Origin: Flectonema sp. DT1601 | Lineage: Eukaryota | DNA length: 64,000 bases | Direction of reading: 5' to 3' | NCBI GenBank assembly: GCA_964019425.1 | Contig: OZ025782.1 | Location: 1,488,001 to 1,552,000 of the forward strand | In this document: one piece after another, positions 36,321 through 47,861 of the stretch | Position numbering within the stretch: position 1 is the first letter of the stretch | Layout of the letters: every line of letters begins with the position of its first letter | The notes under the pieces: generated by a model | Seen by the model: only the letters and a program-made list of their open reading frames with translations | What the model was told of the DNA's origin: nothing | Database searches by the model: none | Position numbers and translations under genes: made by a program

Positions 36321-38353
36321 GAGAATGGAGCAGAAAAGAAAACGGGGGGGAAATGGGCAACACGATTAGACATTCTGGTTATCAGCTACGTACTAAGTCT
36401 CAATAACGAGTATATACAAAATAACCAAATGACCTTACGCTTTTTTTAAAAAAAAGAAAAAATAGGAGGAAAGATAAATACCAAAAGGAGTAAGTTCGAT
36501 AAGGAGAGTTTTCGCCATCTTCTTTTTTTTTCTTTTCATATACTTTAAATAAGGATTCACTGGTTTGTGAGATCCCAAAAACCCTCAATGAGGAGTTACT
36601 AAGTGGTTATAGTATTCATATTTTATTTATGCCACAGGCAGTACATCTTCAGCTACGACGTGTTTAACACGACAACAGTCAACCAGGAGAATAATTTTTT
36701 TTTTTTTTTTAAAAAGGAAAGGAGTACATGACTTTTCGCGATAGAACAACAACAAAAAAAACTGATGTTTTACTAAGTGAGAGAACTATTGGTGAATCTC
36801 AACACATTAGAAAGATATGTTTAAATTTTTATTTTATTTTAAATAATACTTTTGAAAAAAAAACAACAACAACAAAAAAAAAGAGTGATTTTGTGCCAAC
36901 AACACAATACTCGCAAATGAAAAAAAAAAACTACTAAGGTGATAAGAAGGTGTCTTTGCTAAATGAAGAAATAGTGATAGGGTCACTTACTTCCCATGAT
37001 TTTCTTTTTTTTTTTTTCTTCTCTTCTTCTTAGATTTAAAAAAAAAAAAAAAAAAAAAAAAACGATGGAAGTATAACCCGAACACAATCAACAAATAACC
37101 TCTACGGTAAGTATTTTTTTTTTTTTTTAACCTCAGCCAACACGGACAAAGTAGTACACATGTCAACTGAAAAAAAAAAAAAAAAAAAAAAAAAAACCCT
37201 GCAATGCTAACAGTGCTGCATTTATAACAACAGCATAGCAATTATTCAACTCGTGATAAATTATTTAAAAAAAATTTGAAGAGAGAGGAAGATGTCACAA
37301 CGAATCCGAAAAATGCCAAACGCAAATAATAACCTGATTTATCTATTCATGTATTGTATTCACGAAACCTAGGAAGCCAAAAAACCAGGAAAAGCTCACC
37401 AGCCAACCATGAGGAGTTTCACAGACGATAAGAAACACATGACTATATCGGTACGTAGCAAATTTGAGAAACACGTTTTTCACAATTTCTCATTTTAAAA
37501 AAAAAGTTCAGGGAGGAAAAAGCTCGCAGTAGAACGGTGACAGTTATCGATACCAAAAGAACCACCTGTGAGACTCTCACCCTCCCCTCCAAACAGTTTG
37601 AACAGTCATATATGAGATAAAAGTAAAAAACGAAATTTAACAGAATATCAATTTTTCAGGTAAACTTACGAAAGCAAAGGATTTACGTTACTGACAATGA
37701 GTAGCAAGTTGTCAAGCTGATTTTAAAAATAAATAAATGAAATTACCGCACGATTTTGGTGTCACCGAAAGTGTATATGAAGCCGATTTAAAAAAAATGG
37801 GAAGAAATGTATGAAAAACAGAACAAAAAAAAATTAAATTCGAACTTTTTTTTTTTTTTTTTTTTTTAAAGTGCTCAAAAGACCAGATCGCAACAGACCT
37901 GTCTAAAACACTTGATATACATAAGAAAAACACGACAATAGCAAAACCTGGGAGAGCTTTTACTATTCCCGCGGATTAAGGGACATAAAAAAAAAAAAAT
38001 AAAATAAAAATAAAAAAAAATGATTAAAAAAAAAAGTTTTGCTCATCAGAATGATATTATTCCATCCAGCAAAATGGGGTGGTTCGTCTGGACGTTTATT
38101 TTGTACAACTCCTCTAATGTACTTCAAACGAATAGAGAGAGAGTCAGGCCTTGTTACTGAATTCGCATATCTACATTGCAATCAGAGAGTTGCTTATTCA
38201 AAGGCAGTGCAATCTTTGATTGAAAAAAAAAAGGGGAAGGAAAAAAGAAAATAACGTCTTCATGAGTCAGGGATGTCACTGGTGAGAAGAGACCGTAGCT
38301 CATGACTGCTGGAATTACTAAATATAATTATGAGGCAGGAAACCATCAAAAAT

Positions 38354-38522
38354 AATTGGCTTTTTCTTCAACTATACAGAAAATAATGATATAACACTGT
38401 GATGTTTTGTTTGTGCACGAAACCGTGAACCGACTTAAACTGATAAAGCTAAAGGAGGTTTACGTGTGCTGCCAACATTCTTTTTTGTTCTTACAATACT
38501 TGTTAAATGCAAAAAAAAAAAA
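38354..38522 (+). mobile_element. Short interspersed element with 3' poly(A) (SINE-like), intergenic copy
   Basis: Near-identical to 51402-51571 from TATAACACTGTGATG to CAATACTTGTTAAATGC(A)n; shares the upstream AATTGGCTTTTT…AACTATA. Confidence 0.6.
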
Positions 38523-39167
38523 GAAATAATCACCACCGCTAAACGTCGACATACTACCAAGGGCAAGAGTTGTGATGTGAATAACACAATTTTTTTTAAA
38601 TCATATATTTTTTATTTTTTGATTGTACATAAAAAAAAGAGGATAAATTGTTTGATTTTGTAAAGCTACAAACTGCATAATAACGATAATGTAACATCTG
38701 TAAGTACACAGTGAACCATGGTGATGCTTTTTTGAAATAACTATTTAAGTTTCGAGAGTAATCCATATACTCTTCTCAACTTATTAATTATTATATCAGC
38801 AGTATGGGTATAGAAGTAAATCAGTCAGCTATTGAGACTGAACCACCATAAACAAGAAGGGGAAGAAGGAAGAAAGAAAAAAAAAACGGCTATGCACACT
38901 TGGCATGTGACTTCGTGCATTGTAAATAAGTAAGGTTCAATATAGAATAATATTCCTATGTGAAATAAAAAAAAGGAAAAGAACAAGAAGAAAAAATATT
39001 AGTTTTTTAATAACGTGTTGAAGTTGGAGTGGTCAAAGAAGACCCACTCACAGCAGCCTGGAATACGTCCGCCAGATCGTATTTGCCAATTCATTTAAAT
39101 CTAAATTATAATTTTGATTAAAAAAATTTTTTTTTTAGGTACTTTTTTTTTAAAGTCATTGACTATA

Positions 39168-39214
<47 letters not shown>

Positions 39215-42200
39215 AATCACAAAACCAACACTCCCAACAAAAAGGCAATCACACGAGTCTTCGGGCTTAAACCGCCGAAATACAAACATTTTGTTAATAT
39301 TATTAATTTTTTTTTTTTAGGATATTGGAATTATACCCAAAAACGGGTACGAGAGAACAGGAATAAATGTAAATTCTAAAAAAAAGGTTGTGAGAGCAAC
39401 AAGAAGTGAGTTCCTATACCATAGAAAACATTGCGCCCGGCCTTTTTATAAAATGAAAATGGCAGGCGAAGGAAACTGAAATTGAGTGCAAAAGTGAAAA
39501 AAAAGAAAAACCCCTCTCTTTCCAAGATACCCAAATGACCCAACAGGGAAAATCCCAACCAGTGAGGGCTACGGATACAGCGACAACAGGTTTTCCCTTC
39601 ACTGACCCTAATTTCCATTTTTTTTTCTTTTTTTTTTTTTTGATAATAGGCATATCAACAATACGAGAAAGGCACAAAAAACACGCGCTACAAGTCTACT
39701 CAGTTGCTGTATTAATAATATAACACAAAAAGTGAACAGCAGACCAACTAGAACTAAAGAACGGTTAAGGATAACGTACGACATTGTATTTATCGGTTAT
39801 TTTATTTTTATTTTATTTTTTTAAAATTAATTTCGTTTATAGATAGACTACTGTAATCCCGTCTGAATAAAGAAAAAAAAATGAATATCAGAATGCAATC
39901 AGCTACGGGCTGTTAAAGTAATTATTCTTTTCAGTTGGTGTTCTAAAGAAACTCCAATGAGCATGAAAAAATACAAAAAAAAAAAACAGAACCGTCTGAT
40001 CAAAGTTTTAGATCCCATCAACCGTAACAATGCGCACAATACGTCTTTTAAAAAAAGAGGAAGAGAAAAACAGCGAGAGCGAGAGAGAATATCAGACTTT
40101 TTTTTTTTTTTCCAAAACCCAAAAAAATAAGTCAATCTGAGACTCCAAAACATTCCTTAGGTATGCTAAAAAAAAATGAAGAAAAAAAAAAATGAATAAC
40201 TATGCAAAAATAAATCAAACAAAAACTCTGCCTTTACCTACTGGCCACGACAAAGACAGAAGTGGCGGAGAGAAGATAATAATTTGACAACAGAGAATTA
40301 AAACCACCACATAATTTCATGTTATAAAGTGCGTTGGTTACATTTAACAATATTTTTTTATAATTTTAAAAGGAAGAGGGAGAGAGAGAGAAAGAATGAA
40401 TATTAAAAAAACCTCACACAAGGTGAAGCAAGAATAGCTTTATCACTAACGTTTTTTTTTTTTTTTTTTAAATTAATTTTTTTTTTTTTTAAAACTTACT
40501 TATCATTTTCCTTCCTTTTAATGCAAAAACAGCTGTGCTAATCACCAGCTTCATGAACAAATTAAAAAAAAAAAAAAAAAAAAAAACTGAAGAGCGAGAG
40601 ACAACAAAATGATCACAATAACCAGCGGAGATATAAAGAGAAAAAAAAAAAGAAAATATCGACGTTGTTCTTTCCTGCGTATTAAAAACAACGATAACAA
40701 ATTTAAAGAAACTAAAAAAACACATTTTAACCTTTCTTTTTAAAAAAGAAAATAAAGAAAAAAAAAAGAAACGAGAACTACTAGATAACGAGACATATGA
40801 GATTTCGAAGAGAGCTAAAGGGAAAAGAGAAAAGAAATCCAACATACCACCGAGTACCAGTGACGCTCAAAGAGAACCAGGTAACTCTTCTTCCTACAGT
40901 CAGCACAGTGCGGTGTTTGTTTGTTCAGAGATTTATTTCATCTTGTCTTAAAATATTTATGTTGGCAACTGTCCAACTTAAAAGGTGAGGAGAAGAAGAA
41001 GAAGAAGACGAAGAAGAAGAAGAAAAATATAAAAAGGTATTTACCCATTCGCTTATCTTGCCAGCCCGAAGGCGCGTGCGTGGGTAAAAAAGAAAAAACA
41101 ACAACAACAACGAAGCTGGAAGGGTTAACATACTTGGACACGAGAAGAGACGAGACGAGACTGAGAGACTGCAATAATTCTTTCTTGCATCAAAAGCCGC
41201 AAAAAGAATATTTTCATTTTATTTTATTTTCCATTCTTTCACCAGGTGTATGCCACACTCTGCCTACCACTATCCGAACACCTTTGTAATCTGCTGGTAC
41301 GATGCAAAAGTAGGCAATTTAAAGAGCTCCCTCAACAAGGTACAATACCCACAGGATAAAAACATAAAGAACAGTACCACATAGAAACAGTAGTGCATAA
41401 AGCGTTTATGCCAAACTTAACGTGCGCTTGAAGCACAGGCGCACTGGCGATGGAAGGGAAGAAAAGTGAGAGAGAGGATACCAAACTTCTTGTAATTTGA
41501 CAAGAACACAAATCACATTTTTTTTTTTTTTTTGAAAAGAGAATGGGAAACAAAAAAGGAATATCCAAGTGTGGTTGAATTCCACCCTTGAAAGCGTTAC
41601 AAAGTAGCACTCACCCACTACTAACCAACTATTCCCTGCTTATTTGAATTAGTTGGTTTATTGACATTACGTAGTACTACATAAATTAAGCGTTACAAAA
41701 AAAAAAAAAAGAAAAAAAATAATCCGTTCTTGCTTGAGAAGGCTCTTGAGAATACGATTATATGATTAATTAGGAGGGGGTGGTAGGGGGTAAAATACCA
41801 ACTGTATAGTACCATAAAAAAACAAAAAACCATAATCTGATATATCTGTTTTAGGGATACAGTAAAATGGATGGGGGAGGGTTAGGCTACACCTAACTGC
41901 CTACCTACAGTACAATCGAGACCTTAAAATGGTCATTGTAGGTGGCAACAAAATTATTCAAACAGATGTAAGTAACGAATCGTAACCAACAAAATTGAGC
42001 TCAAGTCATCCGATACGGTTGTTTATAAGGGTGTTATTATTATTATTATTTTTTTTTTTTTTTTTTGAATAAGAAATTTTTCAAAAAAAAAAAAAAAAAA
42101 AAAAAAAACGGGAAAAAACGCAGATAGATTCCAAAAAAGGAATAGCAGAGTCAAGAAAAAATGAAAATCTTTTAATTCCATAATTGCGAGAAGGTAAGAA

Positions 42201-42289
42201 AAAGTGGGAGAACGACAACGATAGAAAAAGGGCTTACTGACTAAGTTACAAGGCAGGGAGCGTGATACTGTCCGATGACAAGATGCAGT

Positions 42290-42324
<35 letters not shown>

Positions 42325-43839
42325 AATCATATTTCTCTCACATCTTTATATATCTTTTTATACCCACAAGGGACTACGGCTCATCAGACTATCACTCGAA
42401 CAAAGCCGATTAAGTGACCACAGAGAGGAATTCAATACCAAAGCACGCGATGCCATTAACAGCAGCATACAGCGTCTATTTTTTTTAAAGAACATAAAAT
42501 ACAAAACCGTAATTCGAAACATAAACATCAAAGGGGACTCATACAGTGTAATGTCGATTGAAAACATGGTCACATAAGGTGTTTCTTGTGCATCTTTTTT
42601 TTTTTTTTTTTCTTTTTAAAAAAGGCCGAAAACAAAATACCTAGAATCTGTTACCAACGTTGCATGTAGGGTAGTAAAAACAAGAGTTTCGTTAAAAAAA
42701 CAATTTTTTTTTTATTTTTTTTTTTTTTTTTTTAGTCATCGGTGCATGTCACACTGTTTTAAAAAAAAAAAATATCAAAAAAAAAGTTGCGTAAAATGCA
42801 TAGCGATGTGTTAGTTTTGCGAGAAGAAAAAAACGGCGGGACTGCAGACAGGTGTGTGTCTTGTCAATCCGTGTGTTAAGAAAAGGAAGGGGGAAAAAAA
42901 AACAATTCTTAATTTTTTTTAACCCTCAAATTCATTGAACTTTTGTGTTTGCTTGTGAGCGTAGATAATGAAAAAAATAAAAAAATAAAGTGGCTTTTGC
43001 GCGAACTATTTTGCTTGCAATCAACGAAGAGCACTTTGGTTTGAAGAATCGGATTAGGATGATGCAAAAAATCATCTCAAACCACAAATTGATGCGTGCG
43101 CTGCCTACTTTATTTTTTTTTTTTTTTCCGTGCTTGTTTTGCCAAAAGCCACTCATCCACACGCCAATTAGGGGGGTAAAGCTGTTTGAGCATATTCATA
43201 AAGACATTCATATTGTATCCGAACAACGATACAAGTGACAAAAGGTGATGTCAATTAGACAGGGGTAAAAAAAGTTTGACGATATAGAACCCATCAATAG
43301 GGGGGTGAGAGTTATTTTCCTTAAACCATGAACAACGTTTCCAAAGAAGTCTGTCTGAATAGAGCAGTTTTTTTTTTTTTTTTTTTTTTTTTGGGAAGGG
43401 GAAAGAGAAATCGGAACAACAATTCTGAACCGATATAAGCAGTGGGTAGGCACAGAAAGTCTCGCTAGTCCATTACGAATTGAACCAAAGAAAACTTTCC
43501 TAATACTGCAGTGAATAGGTTAAACCTCATTCTGAAAGAATTATATGAGATTTTTCAAATCATAATTTCCCGTCTTTCAGTAAAGGTGACAGTCTGTCTC
43601 GGGGCTATAAACCTCCTTACCAAAACAAAACAAAAAAATAAAATGAAAAAGGGGGGGGGGAAAAAAAAACATAGCAAGAAGGCGTATGATCCAACGTTGC
43701 TGTACTAATAATAGTCTTTATTATTATTATTTTTTTATTTTATTTTTTTGCTATGACCATGGTGATAGTAATTAAGAAACACATAACAAAAGAAAAAAAG
43801 GGGAGCACCTGTATTGCCAAACATTAGACACAACCTGAA

Positions 43840-43878
<39 letters not shown>

Positions 43879-44317
43879 CGCAGCCTGACACACCTCCTTC
43901 AGTGCCAAACACCTTTTCAGGCTGCTATTCTTCACTACAGAAATCATAAACGCAGGAGATAAAGCAATACAGATATAGTACTTGGTACAGATATTTAGAT
44001 TCGGATTTTGAGGAGGGTAGAAGAAATTTTAAAAAAAAAAGGAATTGTTAAGCATTAAAGCTAGCCACAAGAAAGAAGAAGCAAAAGTCGAAAAAACGAC
44101 TAAAAGAAAAGGGAAAAAAAAACAAGCAGACACCCCCCTCCCCCCAGACTTCATAGTTTGAAGGAAGAACGGGATATCACATATGTGTATCATTAATAAC
44201 ATAAAAACCATAATTCAACATCTGTTAAGGATATGGTTAACTAGTTATTATCGGCTTGTGATATGGCAAAAAGAGGTTCCAGGAAAGAATAGGGGAAAAA
44301 AACGAATGAGTAACCGG

Positions 44318-46507
44318 CTACATCAAAGAACAGACAGCACACTGCGCCTCAGTTAGGGCAATCGAGCAAGCTGATTGACAATTACTGTTGGCGCGATGTT
44401 TTGATCTATCTCGAGTACGTCTTTTCCTTCTTTTGTCCTTTTCACTTACAAAGTAATAAGCATTATTCTTTGGTTTCGTACGCGGTGTTCTTAAAGAACT
44501 TTTTTTAAGAAGAGGCATTGTTTTACTTGACAGATGGTTTCCTGTTTTCCACCTCCAAAACCTCTGAATGACAGCAGCAGACTCATGACGATCTATCAGA
44601 ATTTCATTCTCTTTCCTTCTCGCAGATATACTAGGTGAATCCCATATAGCATTGCGATATTCAGAAGTAGCGTGTAAAACAGTGCATTGGAGGTCGAGAA
44701 CAACTTCTTTTTCAGCGCAACATGGGATTGCTTCGGCAACAGCAGCTTCAATAGTTGATTGTGGTATGGCATAATCAGCTCTGAACCATTCATGATTAAG
44801 AGATTCAAGAGCTGTGATTCTTTCTTCTTTATCAAATGTCAACATTCGACCCAGTAGATCCAATACAACAGCACGAGGAAAATCTTCTTGAGAACCTGAT
44901 TTCCAACATCCATCAATAACTTCAGCTAGATTCCTACTCGGTAACATTGTAGCTGACGGTGATAATTTCTTTGCAACCGAATCTGGTAAATCTCTTTGGT
45001 TTAATATTTTATCACGTTCACCAGCATGACAACACGATAATATTAATTCAAGTTGATGATGGTCATCTTGTCCAGGAAATAATGGAACTCCCGTCAGTAG
45101 CTCAGCAAGAATACATCCAGTACTCCACATGTCTGCTGCAGGTGTTGTTTCTCTTGAACATAATAATATCTCTGGTGCTCTATACCACTGTGTTTGTACA
45201 TAGTCAGGGGTATCTCTTAGTGTTGTTTCTGATCCCTGAGAGAGCGTTCTCGCTAATCCAAAATCAGACAAGTACAGTTTTGGTCTAGCATCTACTAGTA
45301 AGTTAGTTGGTTTCAAGTCTCTGTGAACAACACCTCTCGCATGGATGTATGCTAAGGCACTTAGTAGTTCCATGCAAAACCATTTCTTATGTTGAGGAAG
45401 TAGTTGTTGTTGAACGAGAAGGTCTTCACAAGTATATGGAACAAAAGGCATCACCAGATGAACGTCTCTTTTATTTCTATCAATAAAAACATCATTCAGA
45501 GCAACAATGTTGGGGTGGCGGAGTTGTTGTAGAATTTGAATTTCACGATATGTTCGTTGACCTAATATTTGATGTGACCAAGTGTCGTGAATTGTTTTTA
45601 TCGCCACAACTGTACCTGTATCACGCTTAATAGCTCTATGTACAATACCATAAGCACCTCTACCAACAGTAGATCCTAATTGGTAGCACCGAGCTAATCT
45701 AGGATCGGTTGGAGTGTTGTTGTTGTTGAATGGCACAGAGAAGTCTTGAATTGGCTTACGAGGCTTTGATCTATCGGGCTTTTTTTTTTGACCCAAAGCA
45801 GGTTCAACAGCCCATGCTGAAGCATCACCTTGTCTAAAGACGTGATGTCTATTAACATCAAGAAGTAAACGCATACCATCAGCTAGGTTAGCAATGGTTC
45901 GATTTCTGCTAATTAAAAGATTTTCCGATTCGTTCGGAGCAGCTTCAACACACGCAGCATACTCATACTCAATGGCCGCCTTCGCCTTTTGAGCCAAAGT
46001 CAATCCCGAAGATAGAAATGACCATCTGCTGACATCAACGTAGTACATGTGATCAGGTATGTTTTTACTAAACTTTTTAACAATTTTTGATACAGCGATA
46101 CCATTTAAATACATAAACCAAAGTATTAGTATAACATCATCATATATATTACTAAGTTGGGTTAACACGATGCCGTGTTCCTGCGATGTCGGAGAGGAAC
46201 GTACTGCACGAGCAGCTTCAAGAACACCAGCGACTCGTTGCAAACCTTTTAATTTTTGATTTACTATTTTTGATACTTTTTTTAACTCTTCTTCAAGTGC
46301 TATAACAAACGCCTCGTGGGAGTGTTGTGAATTTTGTGAGTTTGAATCTGTTCCACTACTTCCCTCATCAGGGAGGTATTCTTCTCTCTCTTCATCGACT
46401 GGTATTGTTTTTTCTAACATATTACCGAGTCTTTCATAGTTTATACTTAGTCCACTGACACCAAACTCTCCACCAACTTGTTGTAAATATGAACCAAATC
46501 CCACCAT
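44318..46507 (-). CDS. SPX-domain + MAPK-like (CMGC) kinase + IQ motif + CaaX, paralog A
   Basis: SPX: MVGFGSYL…, F..ALEEEL.KV, YLNGIAVSKIVKKFSK. Kinase: GRGAYG, VAIK, QRTYREI, HRDLKPTN, DFGLAR, DYVQTQWYRAPE. IQ: AAVIQRFWRW. Ends CSLM. Confidence 0.9.
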   Translation of the reverse strand: MVGFGSYLQQVGGEFGVSGLSINYERLGNMLEKTIPVDEEREEYLPDEGSSGTDSNSQNSQHSHEAFVIALEEELKKVSKIVNQKLKGLQRVAGVLEAARAVRSSPTSQEHGIVLTQLSNIYDDVILILWFMYLNGIAVSKIVKKFSKNIPDHMYYVDVSRWSFLSSGLTLAQKAKAAIEYEYAACVEAAPNESENLLISRNRTIANLADGMRLLLDVNRHHVFRQGDASAWAVEPALGQKKKPDRSKPRKPIQDFSVPFNNNNTPTDPRLARCYQLGSTVGRGAYGIVHRAIKRDTGTVVAIKTIHDTWSHQILGQRTYREIQILQQLRHPNIVALNDVFIDRNKRDVHLVMPFVPYTCEDLLVQQQLLPQHKKWFCMELLSALAYIHARGVVHRDLKPTNLLVDARPKLYLSDFGLARTLSQGSETTLRDTPDYVQTQWYRAPEILLCSRETTPAADMWSTGCILAELLTGVPLFPGQDDHHQLELILSCCHAGERDKILNQRDLPDSVAKKLSPSATMLPSRNLAEVIDGCWKSGSQEDFPRAVVLDLLGRMLTFDKEERITALESLNHEWFRADYAIPQSTIEAAVAEAIPCCAEKEVVLDLQCTVLHATSEYRNAIWDSPSISARRKENEILIDRHESAAVIQRFWRWKTGNHLSSKTMPLLKKSSLRTPRTKPKNNAYYFVSEKDKRRKRRTRDRSKHRANSNCQSACSIALTEAQCAVCSLM

Positions 46508-46926
46508 AATTCATACTGTTAAGATGGAAGGTAAAAAATTAATTATTTTTTTGATTACACAATAGCAACACTTCCCACAAAATAAGTTAGTATTAATAAT
46601 TAGTACTAATAATGTTTATCAGTCAAAAGAAGGGGAGAGGGCGGGAAAATTCAATCGAATGCAAAAGTTCGTAGGACAACAAACAAATAATGGTTGGTTT
46701 CGGGCTAAAATTAAAAAATCTTTCTTCGGACCGTTCCCCTTACCCAGCGAAGAAAGTAAGGGGGACACTGCGGTGTCAGGTCTGTCCTACTCATCGCGTT
46801 TGCCCTCATCAGCTGGGAGAGGAAATTAGTTAGTTAGCAAAAAAATACAAAACTGATGGCTACGAGGAGTCTGGGTTATTTATCCCATGAATGAGTTATA
46901 CTGTAGAGATGAAAGTTTTTTTATAA

Positions 46927-46957
<31 letters not shown>

Positions 46958-47861
46958 TTTGAGAATTCGCATTTCCAGAAGAAGAACAAAAAAAAAAAAA
47001 AAAATCTCAAAGCTCATCATCAAATACGCTGGCTGCCCTGGAGTTAGATAGGTGATGTCTTTAAAATAATATAAAGTCGGTTTTTTTTTTTTTTTTTTTT
47101 TAATTACAATGCACCGCTCTCGTCGCAGAGGAAAGAACAATGGACGCTCGATACAAGAACAGAGAGGGATGAGCATCATTGACTTTCACACCCTGACGAT
47201 TTGATCAGTGAAAGGGGATTTACTTACCTGTTTTTAAAAAAAAGAACGGGAAAAAAAAAAAAAAAAAAAATTCGTAACCACATAAAAAACATTCCTAAAA
47301 CAAAGAGGCAGCATAGTTTCTTCCACAGTTTTTTTTTTTTAATTTTTAATGACAGTTTTTAAGAACCTTTTTTTTTTTTAAATCAAAGGTTTTAATTACA
47401 TCGGTCAACAAAAGAATTACTTGAAGAAGAAAAAACGCCACTGAATTTGTTTACACAAAAAGGTGCGGAACATTCCACCGAAAAAAGAAGAGAAAAAAAA
47501 AGGGTTGGATGGTGGAAAAGGCAACCGACAAGGTGGAATCGCTTATTCGAACCCCACTTATGGGGCTGCGATGATTTGCTCTATTTCTTCCCCAACCTGC
47601 AAGATACTAATTACAAAAAAAAAAGAAAATGAACAAAAAAAAATTGGTTTTTAGATAACCAAATTTAAAATGCTTTCAAAAGTACCAAAACGAACTCAAA
47701 ACCAAAACAAGTACATTAGGGCTTATGTTTTTTTTTTTTTTTTTTTTAAAAGTCTATACCCCTCATTATTAAAACAGAATACAGATTCACCAATCATCCA
47801 ATACGTAGCATTCGGTGGGAAAATAAGAATAACAAGTTGCTGTGTACATTAACTAGAGAAT

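Noticed and set aside
38400..38460. Possible hammerhead ribozyme or C/D snoRNA in the repeat core (GAAA, CTGATAA, GTGATGT…CTGA)
   Set aside because: The required stems and motif order are absent, the C-like box is missing from the third copy, and no guide is identifiable.
35693..44211. Short ORFs, including 35989-36369 and 38466-38663 (and 51433-51735) that share peptide strings
   Set aside because: Shared peptides such as HETVNRLKL are translations of the dispersed non-coding element; the rest is homopolymer noise.
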